Source: an uncultured Sphingomonadaceae bacterium (lineage in GTDB: Bacteria > Pseudomonadota > Alphaproteobacteria > Sphingomonadales > Sphingomonadaceae). From it: a stretch of DNA of 64,000 bases. The stretch lies in assembly GCA_947493955.1 (NCBI GenBank), contig CANLSQ010000002.1, forward strand, positions 578,568-642,567, given 5' to 3'. Numbering within the stretch: the stretch's first letter is position 1; each line of letters starts with the position of its first letter. The translations under genes were made by a program, and so were the position numbers. Below, in pieces: positions 28,765 to 37,988 of the stretch. Under the pieces are notes generated by a model, which had not been told where the DNA came from, did no database searches, and saw only the letters and a list, made by a program, of their open reading frames with translations.

Positions 28765-29972
28765 ACGAAATGTCTGTCATCCAAGCAGGGCATCGCCCTG
28801 ACTTTCCGGGAATTACTGACGATTGGCATTATCTCGACACAGCGGCCACCGCGCAGAAAGCAAAGCCTGTACTGGATGCGATTGCCCGCGCTTATGGCCC
28901 CGATTATGCGACGGTCCATCGCGGTGTCTATGAACGTTCAGCCAATATGACGCTAGCCTATGAAGCCGCCCGCAAACGGGTGGCTGGTTTTCTCAACGCG
29001 GCATCCGAAAATGAGATTGTCTTCACTAGCGGTGCGACGGATAGCATCAACCTGGTTGCCGAAAGCTGGGGCAATGCGAATGTCGGTAAAGACGACCGGA
29101 TCATGCTCAGCCAACTGGAGCATCATAGCAATATCGTACCGTGGCAACTGCTCGCCGAGCGGGTTGGCGCGCATATTGATGTCGCGCCGCTGACCGAAGA
29201 TGGTCAGGTTGATCTCGACTGGATCGAAGCCCATCTGACCGAACAGCATAAGCTGGTCGCTTTGGCTCATGTGTCCAATGTTCTCGGATCACTTCTTGAT
29301 GCCAAACGTGCGGCGAGTATTGCCCATAAAGTTGGCGCAAAATTATTGCTTGATGGCTGTCAGGCAGCGCCGCGATTGCCCGTTGATGTGCAGGATTTGG
29401 GCTGTGATTTTTATGTCTTTTCCGGGCATAAAATCTACGGTCCGACCGGCATAGGTGCGCTGTGGGCGCCTTATGAGATTCTTGACGCCATGCCCCCATG
29501 GAAAGGCGGCGGCTCGATGATTGACCGAGTCAGTTTTGAGGGCACCAGTTTCGCATCGCCGCCGGGCCGGTTTGAAGCCGGCACCCCGCATATTGCTGGC
29601 GTAGTCGGGCTGGATGCCGCGATCCAATATGTCGAAGCGATTGGGCTGGACGTTATTTCTGCCCATGAAAATGCAACGCTGGCGCTGGCGCGTGAAGCAT
29701 TGTCCGGCATCAACAGCGTGCGGGTATTTGGCCCGGATAAGAGCATGGGAATATTGAGTTTTGCGGTTGGCGACGTGCATCCGCACGATGTCGCCACTAT
29801 ATTGGATGAAGGCGGGGTTGCGATCCGTGCTGGCCATCACTGTGCGCAGCCGCTGATGGACTATCTGGGCGTGCCCGCTACCGCACGGGCGAGCTTTGGA
29901 ATTTACAGCGATGCAGAAGATGTCGCGGCTCTGGTCAAGGGTATCGAACGGGTGAGAAAGATTTTCGGGTAG
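28761..29972 (+). CDS. sufS: Cysteine desulfurase SufS
   Basis: Class V aminotransferase. PLP-lysine context (SGHKIYGPTGIG) and an active-site Cys (GHHCAQP). Confidence 0.9.
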   Translation: MNEMSVIQAGHRPDFPGITDDWHYLDTAATAQKAKPVLDAIARAYGPDYATVHRGVYERSANMTLAYEAARKRVAGFLNAASENEIVFTSGATDSINLVAESWGNANVGKDDRIMLSQLEHHSNIVPWQLLAERVGAHIDVAPLTEDGQVDLDWIEAHLTEQHKLVALAHVSNVLGSLLDAKRAASIAHKVGAKLLLDGCQAAPRLPVDVQDLGCDFYVFSGHKIYGPTGIGALWAPYEILDAMPPWKGGGSMIDRVSFEGTSFASPPGRFEAGTPHIAGVVGLDAAIQYVEAIGLDVISAHENATLALAREALSGINSVRVFGPDKSMGILSFAVGDVHPHDVATILDEGGVAIRAGHHCAQPLMDYLGVPATARASFGIYSDAEDVAALVKGIERVRKIFG

Positions 29973-29981
29973 GAAGTAGAG

Positions 29982-30503
29982 ATGAACGAAGAACGCAAGA
30001 TATTGGTCGAAGAAGTCGACAGTGTGGAAAAGCCCCCCTTGGCAAAGGTCGAGGATGCGGTTGAAGAAAAACCTGCGCCCGTCGTTGCGCCGTCTCCCTA
30101 CGAAGCGGAAAGTGATGCCAGCAAGCTCAGCCGCAAGCGCGACTATCTTGAAGGTTTTCTGGCGCAGCAACCGACCGAAACACCGGCCGGTGAGGCGGGC
30201 GGCGATCTCTATGAGGCCGTCGTTGATACCCTGAAGTCGATTTATGATCCCGAGATTCCGGTGAATATCTATGATCTTGGTTTGATATACGGTGTGGAAA
30301 TTACGCCGGATAATCACGCGATTGTCACCATGACTTTGACCACGCCGCATTGCCCGGTCGCAGAATCCATGCCCGGCGAAATTGAAATGCAGGTCGGCAG
30401 CGTGCCCGGTGTTGGCCATAGCGAAGTGAACCTCGTCTGGGATCCGCCATGGGACCCGCAGAAGATGAGCGATGAGGCGAAGCTCGAACTGGGGATGTTA
30501 TGA
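29982..30503 (+). CDS. sufT: SUF system Fe-S assembly protein SufT (DUF59/MIP18 family) with acidic N-terminal extension
   Basis: C-terminal DUF59 core (IYDPEIPVNIYDLGLIYGVEI...TLTTPHCPVAE). Confidence 0.8.
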   Translation: MNEERKILVEEVDSVEKPPLAKVEDAVEEKPAPVVAPSPYEAESDASKLSRKRDYLEGFLAQQPTETPAGEAGGDLYEAVVDTLKSIYDPEIPVNIYDLGLIYGVEITPDNHAIVTMTLTTPHCPVAESMPGEIEMQVGSVPGVGHSEVNLVWDPPWDPQKMSDEAKLELGML

Positions 30504-31012
30504 CGGCGACAGCGACTCTTTCCAAGGCATCGGCCGCCACCGTCATTCGCGCGGATTACGCCAATGCGGATCATGCGGCGGATATTGTCGGCATGCTGCG
30601 CGTCTATTCGATGGATCCGATGGGCGGAGGCGAAGACCTCTCGGAGGAGGTTCAGGCGAATCTGGTGCCCGGACTGGCCGCGACACCGGCGGCATCCTCC
30701 TTGCTGGCCTATGTTGGCGATGAGGTTGCGGGGCTGGCCAATTTGATGACGACATTTTCGTCCTTTGGCGCGAAACCATTGATGAATATTCATGATATAG
30801 TGGTTTCCAAAGAATATCGCGGCACCGGCGTGGGACGGGCGCTGTTTGCGGAAATTGAAACCATTGCCCGGGAAGCGGGGGCGTGCAAAATCACGCTCGA
30901 AGTGCTGGAAGGCAACGCACCGGCGAAGGCGCTTTATGCGTCGCTGGGCTATGGTGATTATGTGCTCGACCCCGAAATGGGCAGAGCATTGTTTTGGCAG
31001 AAAAGGCTTTAG
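30500..31012 (+). CDS. GNAT family N-acetyltransferase embedded in the suf operon
   Basis: Its start overlaps the sufT stop (ATGA). Acetyl-CoA binding motif (RGTGVGRALF). Confidence 0.75.
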   Translation: MTATATLSKASAATVIRADYANADHAADIVGMLRVYSMDPMGGGEDLSEEVQANLVPGLAATPAASSLLAYVGDEVAGLANLMTTFSSFGAKPLMNIHDIVVSKEYRGTGVGRALFAEIETIAREAGACKITLEVLEGNAPAKALYASLGYGDYVLDPEMGRALFWQKRL

Positions 31013-31014
31013 CT

Positions 31015-31377
31015 ATGACCGATACACAAACCAAAACCAGAGAAATTCCTGCGGCGATCACCCTGACGCCTGCGGCCGAGCAACGCGTCGCCGACCTGAT
31101 GGCCAAAGCACCCGAGGATGTGATCGGTGTAAAACTATCCACCCCGCGCAGAGGCTGTTCCGGCCTCGCCTATTCGGTCGATTATATCACCGAGGAAGTG
31201 AAGTTTGACGAGAAGATCGTGACCCCCGGCGGCGTGTTTTACGTGGACGGGCCGAGTGTGTTGTACCTGATCGGCTCGACCATGGACTGGCAGGAAGATG
31301 ATTTTACCGCCGGCTTTGTGTTCAACAACCCCAATAGCAAGGGCGATTGCGGCTGCGGGGAATCGTTCACCGTATAA
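31015..31377 (+). CDS. sufA: Fe-S cluster insertion protein SufA/IscA (HesB family A-type carrier)
   Basis: The ATG at 31015 with an AAAAGG RBS gives a 120 aa protein. Conserved Cys residues (RGCSGL...GCGCGESF). Confidence 0.85.
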   Translation: MTDTQTKTREIPAAITLTPAAEQRVADLMAKAPEDVIGVKLSTPRRGCSGLAYSVDYITEEVKFDEKIVTPGGVFYVDGPSVLYLIGSTMDWQEDDFTAGFVFNNPNSKGDCGCGESFTV

Positions 31378-31382
31378 AATGA

Positions 31383-31417
31383 AAGGGCGCGATATTGCTA
31401 CCGCGCCCTTCCTTGTT
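31383..31417. terminator. Bidirectional intrinsic terminator between sufA and the convergent SPFH gene
   Basis: Perfect 9 bp stem AAGGGCGCG-atattgctac-CGCGCCCTT. The U-run is especially clear on the minus strand. Confidence 0.6.
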
Positions 31418-31423
31418 GGCCAA

Positions 31424-32587
31424 CTAGCCGTCCGTCAGTTTGACGATATCATTCATCAAACCGCCGGTACCGTTATTGACGGTCAACCGGTCCACTTTAC
31501 CGGCAATGCTTTCCAGAGCCTCAAGCTCTTTCAGCCGCAGCATGACCGGGTTATCGGCCATCACCTTTGCGGTATTCAAAAGCGACCGCGTTGCGTTCGT
31601 TTCTTCCCGCCGCTTGATGACATTGGCCTCAGCCGACTTCTGCGCAGAAACCACCTGGTTCAAAAGCTCCCGCATTTCACCCGGCAGGATCACGTCCTTC
31701 AGGATGATATCGGACACTTCCAGGCCAATGGCCGCCATATCGCTCCGGACTTTCTGAGCCGCTTCAGCATCGACCGTGACCTGCTTGTCGAGGATCTGGT
31801 CGAGGGTCATCGCACCCAGCGTTTTCCGAAACGCATATTGCAGCGCCCGGTACAGCGCATCGGCAAAGTCTTTGACCTCGGTCACGGCCTTGACGGGATC
31901 AACCACCCGGTATTGCGCCGAGATATTGATCCGCAACGTCACGCGGTCCTTGGTCAATAGCTCCTGACCGGTTACGTCAAGCGGCTGCCGCGTCAGATCA
32001 ACGATCTTTACGGCGACCTTCTGACCAACCATCCAGTAGCCCGTGACACCCGGGGTCAATTCACCGGCCATTTGACCATCGACGGTGAGCAGGCCAATCT
32101 GACCCTTGTCCACCTCGACAATCCGGACCTTGGAAAGCAGGCTTGCCACTCCCGCTTCCATCAGCCGCTGTAGCAAGGCTGGTGCGATGACTGGGTTTGT
32201 ATCCAGCTTCACAACCTCGGCCTTCCACGGACCGGCATCTGTCCAGACGGTAAGCTTGCTATCCGGAGAGAGGACAGAATGAATCCGTCCGTCGCATTCG
32301 ATGACAGCAATCTCATTGGTCCCGGTCCGGTACTGGGTCAGGTGGGCGTCCGCCTGATCTGGTGCTTTCTCAAAAAGCGCCTTTTCATAGACCGAAACAA
32401 AAGCCGCGCTATTCAGCGCCATGCGCTCGATGCGCAATTGCTTCCGCCAATTCGGCAGGACATGCTCGCCCGCTCCCAATAGTCCGCGAACCTCGCCCTT
32501 GTAGAGCCAGATCGCCCGTTCATTTTCATTGATGGTTACCCGCTTGCGGCCCATCAGCTTGTCAATCAAATACAACATAATACTCAC
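31424..32587 (-). CDS. SPFH/band-7 domain protein with an unrelated N-terminal domain of about 190 aa; no obvious TM segment
   Basis: 387 aa. The C-terminal half matches the stomatin/prohibitin fold (ISAQYRVVDPVKAVTEV...ILPGEMRELLNQVVSAQKSAEANVIKRREE). The N-terminal half is unrecognised. Confidence 0.7.
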   Translation of the reverse strand: MSIMLYLIDKLMGRKRVTINENERAIWLYKGEVRGLLGAGEHVLPNWRKQLRIERMALNSAAFVSVYEKALFEKAPDQADAHLTQYRTGTNEIAVIECDGRIHSVLSPDSKLTVWTDAGPWKAEVVKLDTNPVIAPALLQRLMEAGVASLLSKVRIVEVDKGQIGLLTVDGQMAGELTPGVTGYWMVGQKVAVKIVDLTRQPLDVTGQELLTKDRVTLRINISAQYRVVDPVKAVTEVKDFADALYRALQYAFRKTLGAMTLDQILDKQVTVDAEAAQKVRSDMAAIGLEVSDIILKDVILPGEMRELLNQVVSAQKSAEANVIKRREETNATRSLLNTAKVMADNPVMLRLKELEALESIAGKVDRLTVNNGTGGLMNDIVKLTDG

Positions 32588-32963
32588 TCAAATATCAGCT
32601 CACGCCAATCTCCTTTTACATTTGCCCGGGGCCGGAATTGGCCCAAAGCGTTTCCCCAATCAAACAGGTCCCGGATAAGATTCAGGGACCGGTGACATGC
32701 CGCGCGGCGGGCCAAGGTGGAGCGGATATTGCAGCGCCCGGGGCGGATAGAGAGGCGTTCGAAAACATCTCCCATCGACCCCGGCACAGCGCCATCATCA
32801 CGCCTTAGCCGAACCGCTTGCCATGGTGGCAGGCGCTTTGCCCTTGGCGTTTGGAAATCCGAAGACTCCCGCCCGCCGCGGACGCCGCGCCGTTCACATG
32901 CCGGTCCCCGAACCCGGTATTTCTCAAACAGCATTATGAGTGCTGGGGTCCTTTTACAGACCG

Positions 32964-33037
32964 AGAGTGGAGCAGGAATCGAACCTGCGACATCAAGATT
33001 CGTAGTCTTGTGCTCTAACCATCTGAGCTATCCAGTG
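32964..33037 (-). tRNA. tRNA-Arg (anticodon ACG)
   Basis: Minus-strand sequence with D-arm TAGCTCAGATGGTTAGAGC, anticodon stem-loop CAAGA-CTACGAA-TCTTG and T-arm GCAGGTTCGATTCCTGC. The acceptor stem is 5 of 7 paired with two C.C mismatches. No encoded CCA. Confidence 0.55.
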
Positions 33038-33039
33038 GT

Positions 33040-33112
33040 GCGTTGAGACGAGAATCGAACTCGCTTACCTGGTGTTTGAAGCCAGTGCTCTATCCAATTG
33101 AGCTACTCATGC
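33040..33112 (-). tRNA. tRNA-like gene with ambiguous anticodon (apparent CAA, but class I length)
   Basis: Canonical D-arm TAGCTCAATTGGATAGAGC and T-arm GCGAGTTCGATTCTCGT. The acceptor stem is only 4 of 7 paired. The anticodon loop TTCAAAC would read as a Leu anticodon without the long variable arm. It sits only 2 nt upstream of the tRNA-Arg. Confidence 0.35.
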
Positions 33113-33358
33113 AACCAATCGAGACAAAGCAGCATCCGTACATGCGGGTATCAGGGATACTGCATGCGGGCGGGCCATATGAAACCCAACCGTTGACGTC
33201 CGCCCCATCCATTGATCGGGAGGCGGGCCGTTAGGGTGCGGTTTTGAATCGCGCAACCGGCGAGGGCGGTTTTAGCGGTGAGGCGGGGTGTGGGAGCGGT
33301 CAGTGGTTACGGATGATACTAAATACGACCGGAGTCGAATATTCTTTGGAAGGCAAAT

Positions 33359-33841
33359 TTACCGATAATAGTGCGCTAAGATAACTCTCTGCTTTTCAGG
33401 GTGGACCAATAAAAAACCTTCATCAAAATAGCTAAAATAGGAACCGGGTGTAGCCATGTAGTTATCCAACTCGACCTTTAGATATCCTGGGTCACCACAA
33501 AATTGGGTGCCCTCCGAATGCAAATATGGGCGTATTTTTACGGGCGTTTTGTTCCACTTCTCCCAATGTCTTTGTTCTGATAACAAACCTTTGGCAAAGT
33601 ATGCCGATCCTTGTCGGATTATTTCTTTGGCAGTGGCTTCGTCAATGTTGTGCGCAACAATACCACAGGAATCATGTGAATTTCCTTCATAGAAAAAACC
33701 TATGTCAAACTGTTCGGGAATATGGGATGAAGGGAAAGTGTACAAAAAGTGTGTGGTCCAAGCGACCGGAATGCCGATAGTTAGAGTAAGAGCTACTACG
33801 CCGCCGCTCAACCACCGCGTAAGTGTTTTTGCAGTCTCCAC
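33359..33841 (-). CDS. Hypothetical membrane-anchored protein encoded in a low-GC (about 42 percent) islet
   Basis: 160 aa with an N-terminal TM helix (GGVVALTLTIGIPVAW) and no recognisable domain. GC is much lower than the window average, and the gene is adjacent to tRNA genes. Confidence 0.5.
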   Translation of the reverse strand: METAKTLTRWLSGGVVALTLTIGIPVAWTTHFLYTFPSSHIPEQFDIGFFYEGNSHDSCGIVAHNIDEATAKEIIRQGSAYFAKGLLSEQRHWEKWNKTPVKIRPYLHSEGTQFCGDPGYLKVELDNYMATPGSYFSYFDEGFLLVHPEKQRVILAHYYR

Positions 33842-33880
33842 AAATGTGAAATAGCGATTCTGGTGTTAATTTGAAGTAAA

Positions 33881-33916
33881 AACCCCAGCGCTTTCACGCC
33901 GGGGTTTCTTTATTTC
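33881..33916. terminator. Bidirectional intrinsic terminator downstream of etfA
   Basis: Hairpin CCCCAGCG-ctttca-CGCCGGGG followed by tttctttattt on the plus strand and TTTTTACTT on the minus strand. Confidence 0.6.
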
Positions 33917-34021
33917 GTCATCCTGAACTTGGTTCAGGGTCTATTTTTTGATCCGCGCCTCCGGTTCGATGGATGCTGAAACAAGTTCAGCATCACGAGA
34001 GAGGGAGGCGCTGTGTCGATG

Positions 34022-34951
34022 TCAGACTTTCGAAGTCAATTCCGGAACAGCGTTAAACAGGTCCGCAACCAGTCCGATATCGGCAATCTGGAAAATCGGC
34101 GCGTCTTCATCCTTGTTGATCGCAACGATTGTCTTGGAATCTTTCATGCCTGCCAGATGCTGGATCGCGCCGGAAATGCCGATGGCGATATAGACTTCCG
34201 GTGCAACGATTTTGCCGGTCTGGCCGACTTGATAATCGTTGGGGACATAGCCCGCATCGACCGCAGCGCGGGAAGCACCGATGCCGGCGCCGAGCTTGTC
34301 GGCGAGAGGCGTGATAACTTCTTCGAACTTTTCGGAAGAGCCCAAAGCACGGCCGCCAGATACGATGATCTTGGCTGAGGTGAGTTCCGGACGCTCGGAC
34401 TTGGCGATTTCTTCGCTCACAAATGATGAAAGCCCGGATTCGCCTGCGCCGGTAACGCCTTCGATCGATGCGGAACCGCCTTCGGTTGCGGCCTTGTCAA
34501 AAGCCGTACCGCGCACGGTGATGACTTTCTTGGCATCGCTCGATTTGACGGTGGCAATCGCGTTGCCCGCGTAAATCGGACGCGTGAACGTATCTTCGCT
34601 TTCGACCGAAAGAATGTCGGAAATCTGCATGACGTCGAGCAGAGCAGCGACGCGCGGTGCGATATTCTTGCCGGTGGTGGTTGCGGGCGCGAGGAAAGCG
34701 TCATGGCTTTCCATCAGACTGGCGACCAATGGTGCGACATTTTCAGCGAGCTGATTGGCGAGCGCGGCATCATCGGCCACATGGACGGTGCTGACACCAG
34801 CGACCTTGGCGGCTTGCTCACCAACACTGGCACAGCCGGTCCCGGCGACCAGAGCGTGGACTTCGCCCAGTTGCGACGCGGCGGTGACAACGGCCAGCGT
34901 CGCATCTTTCATTTCGGTGTTGTCATGTTCTACGAGTACAAGAGTCTTCAT
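34022..34951 (-). CDS. etfA: Electron transfer flavoprotein alpha subunit
   Basis: 309 aa with C-terminal FAD-binding motifs ([20 protein letters not shown]). Confidence 0.9.
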   Translation of the reverse strand: MKTLVLVEHDNTEMKDATLAVVTAASQLGEVHALVAGTGCASVGEQAAKVAGVSTVHVADDAALANQLAENVAPLVASLMESHDAFLAPATTTGKNIAPRVAALLDVMQISDILSVESEDTFTRPIYAGNAIATVKSSDAKKVITVRGTAFDKAATEGGSASIEGVTGAGESGLSSFVSEEIAKSERPELTSAKIIVSGGRALGSSEKFEEVITPLADKLGAGIGASRAAVDAGYVPNDYQVGQTGKIVAPEVYIAIGISGAIQHLAGMKDSKTIVAINKDEDAPIFQIADIGLVADLFNAVPELTSKV

Positions 34952-35697
34952 CAGATGGCTCCTACAGCTTTAAGTTTGGCGACCAGCGCATCCACATCCT
35001 CGACCTTTTCACCGGCCTGACGGACAGGCGGTTCGGAAACATTGGTGGTGGTGAGGCGCGGCGCGATATCGACGCCGTAATCGGCCGGTGTTTTCTCATC
35101 GAGCGGCTTTTTCTTCGCCTTCATGATGTTTGGCAGCGATGCATAGCGCGGCTCGTTTAGGCGCAGGTCGGTGGTGACCACGGCAGGCAAGCTGAGCTTA
35201 ACCGTCTGCAAACCGCCATCAATTTCACGCTTCACTTCAACGCTGTCGCCATCAACAGAAACCGTGTTGGCGAACGTACCTTGGCCCCAACCGAGCAGAG
35301 CAGCAAGCATCTGGCCGGTCTGGTTCGAGTCATCATCAATCGCCTGTTTGCCGGTGATAACCAGTTTCGGCGCTTCTTCTTCAACGATTTTCGCAAGGAT
35401 TTTGGCAACGCCCAGTGGCTCGACTTCTTCGTCTGTCTGCACCAGGATCGCACGGTCTGCACCCATGGCGAGAGCGGTGCGCAGGGTTTCCTGTGCCTTT
35501 TGCGGGCCAACCGAAACCGCGACGATTTCTTCTGCCTTGCCTGCTTCTTTCAGGCGAATCGCTTCTTCGACAGAGATTTCGTCAAACGGGTTCATCGACA
35601 TCTTGACATTGGCGAGATCCACGCCGCTGCCATCGGATTTCACCCGCGGTTTCACATTATAGTCAATCACCCGTTTGACGGGCACCAGGATTTTCAT
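34951..35697 (-). CDS. etfB: Electron transfer flavoprotein beta subunit
   Basis: 248 aa. [16 protein letters not shown] is a classical EtfB N-terminus. Its stop overlaps the etfA start. Confidence 0.9.
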   Translation of the reverse strand: MKILVPVKRVIDYNVKPRVKSDGSGVDLANVKMSMNPFDEISVEEAIRLKEAGKAEEIVAVSVGPQKAQETLRTALAMGADRAILVQTDEEVEPLGVAKILAKIVEEEAPKLVITGKQAIDDDSNQTGQMLAALLGWGQGTFANTVSVDGDSVEVKREIDGGLQTVKLSLPAVVTTDLRLNEPRYASLPNIMKAKKKPLDEKTPADYGVDIAPRLTTTNVSEPPVRQAGEKVEDVDALVAKLKAVGAI

Positions 35698-35736
35698 TGC
35701 TGTTTCCTTCTTTCAATTTCTGTGAACGCTTTAGCT

Positions 35737-35757
35737 TACGTTCACGTAAACGTCAAA
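35737..35757. promoter_or_regulatory. Second copy of the ACGTT(c/t)ACGTAAACGT palindrome motif, in the etfBA promoter region
   Basis: ttACGTTCACGTAAACGTcaa, nested with a further inverted repeat GTGAACG...CGTTCAC. Matches the fadAB site at 6032-6050. Confidence 0.45.
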
Positions 35758-35830
35758 TATCTATGTTGCGGCGCAGCATCATCATTTTTGAGGATAATGC
35801 CTAGCTGTACTTTATGACTTATGCCCGTGT

Positions 35831-37030
35831 TCAGGCAGCGTCTTTCACTTGCGCAACAATTTTCTTCGCAGCATCGCCCAGATCATCGGCAGATACGATC
35901 GGCAGACCGCTATTCGCCAATATTTCCTTGCCCTTGGCAACATTGGTACCTTCCAGCCGGACTACGAGTGGAACCGAGAGGTCGACTTCTTTGGCCGCAG
36001 TGACGATACCTTCGGCGATGATGTCGCATTTCATGATGCCACCGAAAATATTGACCAAAATGCCTTCTACAGCGGGGTCAGCCAGAATGATTTTGAACGC
36101 CGCAGTCACTTTTTCGGTGGTTGCGCCGCCGCCCACATCGAGGAAGTTTGCCGGGAATGCGCCGTTGAGCTTGATGATATCCATCGTCGCCATGGCAAGG
36201 CCGGCACCATTGACCATGCAGCCGATATTGCCGTCCAGTTTAATGTACGCGAGGTCATATTTGGAAGCTTCGACTTCTGCCGGATCTTCCTCGGTCACAT
36301 CGCGCAGTTCCATTAGGTTTGGGTGACGCATCAGGGCGTTGCCATCAAAGCTCATTTTCGTGTCGAGCACCAGCAGCTGCGCATCTTTGGTTTCCACGAG
36401 CGGGTTAATTTCCAGCATCTCGCAGTCCATGTCAGTGAAAGCGGTATAAAGCTGTTTACCGAGTTTCTGCGCCTGCTTGTTGAGATCACCCGAAAGACCG
36501 AGAGCAAAGGCCATGGACCGGCCGTGATGCGGCATGAAGCCTTGTGCCGGATCAATCGTGATCGTCTTGATTTTTTCCGGTGTGTTATGGGCAACATCTT
36601 CAATATCCATGCCGCCTTCGGTGGACACGATCATCGCGATCCGGCCGGTTGCCCGGTCGACCAGCATGGAAAGATAATATTCTTCGGCAATGTCGACGCC
36701 GTCGGTGACATAGAGCCGGTTAACCTGCTTGCCCTCGTCGCCAGTCTGGATGGTGACCAGCGTGTTGCCTAGCATTTCCGTGGCGTTTTCGCGCACCGCG
36801 TCGACGGATTTGGACAGGCGAACGCCGCCGCTGGCATCTGGCCCCAATTCCTTGAACTTGCCCTTGCCGCGACCGCCGGCATGAATCTGTGCCTTCACCA
36901 CATAAAGCGGTCCGGGCAATTTTTCTGCCGCTGCGACAGCTTCGTCAACGGTCAGAGCTGCGTGGCCCGCAGGAATGCCGATGCCATATTTGGCGAGTTG
37001 TTCTTTGGCCTGATATTCATGGATGTTCAT
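35831..37030 (-). CDS. sucC: Succinate--CoA ligase (ADP-forming) beta subunit
   Basis: 399 aa with an ATP-grasp N-terminus ([17 protein letters not shown]) and a CoA-ligase C-terminus ([18 protein letters not shown]). No sucD gene is adjacent. Confidence 0.85.
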   Translation of the reverse strand: MNIHEYQAKEQLAKYGIGIPAGHAALTVDEAVAAAEKLPGPLYVVKAQIHAGGRGKGKFKELGPDASGGVRLSKSVDAVRENATEMLGNTLVTIQTGDEGKQVNRLYVTDGVDIAEEYYLSMLVDRATGRIAMIVSTEGGMDIEDVAHNTPEKIKTITIDPAQGFMPHHGRSMAFALGLSGDLNKQAQKLGKQLYTAFTDMDCEMLEINPLVETKDAQLLVLDTKMSFDGNALMRHPNLMELRDVTEEDPAEVEASKYDLAYIKLDGNIGCMVNGAGLAMATMDIIKLNGAFPANFLDVGGGATTEKVTAAFKIILADPAVEGILVNIFGGIMKCDIIAEGIVTAAKEVDLSVPLVVRLEGTNVAKGKEILANSGLPIVSADDLGDAAKKIVAQVKDAA

Positions 37031-37146
37031 GGGACGATGCAGCGCCTTTCTTGTATCTTTGGTTAGCGAGTCTTGCGGAGGGCTAAAGCACAGTCAGGTA
37101 GGGATTTCCACCCCGATTTACGATAATATCCGGCGAAATCCGGCTA

Positions 37147-37677
37147 TCACAAAGACAATTGCATCGCGCAGCGCCGCTCTATTGGCAAACCACTGGCTTT
37201 TTCAGCCGCCAATGTGGCTTTGAGTCGCTCAGACTGCTGACTTTCTTCCAGGGTTCTGTAGCCCATAGTCCCATAGAATTCCTCGTTAAATGGTAGGTGG
37301 CGAAAGGTGGTCAACGTAATGGCGGCAATTGTTTCGCGCCGCGCTTGATCCGTCAGGGCTTCGAGTAGCGCCCGGCCAATGCCCCGCTTTTGATGCTCCT
37401 GGTGAACGGATAGCTCCCAGATATGATATTCTTGATCAAACTGTTCGGCGGTCAGAAACCCTACTCGCTCTTGATCGGCCGTTTCAGCAACCCAGACAAG
37501 GCCTCGCCTAATCCAGTTAAGCTGGGCCTCTGCCGACAGCACATCCTCGCTGGCAATCCATTCGAGTCCCGGTACTTGAAGAAAGGCCGACCCTGCTGAT
37601 CTTTCAATGGCTGGCAAATGTACGGCATCCTCAGCCACCGCTTTGCGGTAACGTATTGGCGATGGATCCACCGTCAT
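37147..37677 (-). CDS. GNAT family N-acetyltransferase
   Basis: Acetyl-CoA binding motif (QKRGIGRALL). Confidence 0.75.
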   Translation of the reverse strand: MTVDPSPIRYRKAVAEDAVHLPAIERSAGSAFLQVPGLEWIASEDVLSAEAQLNWIRRGLVWVAETADQERVGFLTAEQFDQEYHIWELSVHQEHQKRGIGRALLEALTDQARRETIAAITLTTFRHLPFNEEFYGTMGYRTLEESQQSERLKATLAAEKASGLPIERRCAMQLSL

Positions 37678-37988
37678 TTCACCGCGCAGACCAGACCCGA
37701 TGATGTCACGACACCCAGTATTTCAGGGTCCTGCAGCGCTTTGGTCCGCTTCACAAATTCATTGACGCTGATATCACCGGGATCGCGCTTGCGCAGTTTG
37801 TCGAGGCGGCTGAGCTTGTCGATTTGTGTGTAGGACAGGCGATTGACCATCCGGTCTGCCATGCAGCTTGCAATCGGTTTGGACAGGCCTGCGCTCATTA
37901 AGCCATTGCGGACGCGGGTTTCCGGTGTTGCGCATGCGGCCAGACTGGCGATCAGCGCCAATCCAGCCACGAGATGCGTCGGGTTCAT
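37674..37988 (-). CDS. Small hypothetical lipoprotein
   Basis: Lipobox LAAC. Overlap-coupled with ppa upstream and the GNAT gene downstream. Confidence 0.5.
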   Translation of the reverse strand: MNPTHLVAGLALIASLAACATPETRVRNGLMSAGLSKPIASCMADRMVNRLSYTQIDKLSRLDKLRKRDPGDISVNEFVKRTKALQDPEILGVVTSSGLVCAVK

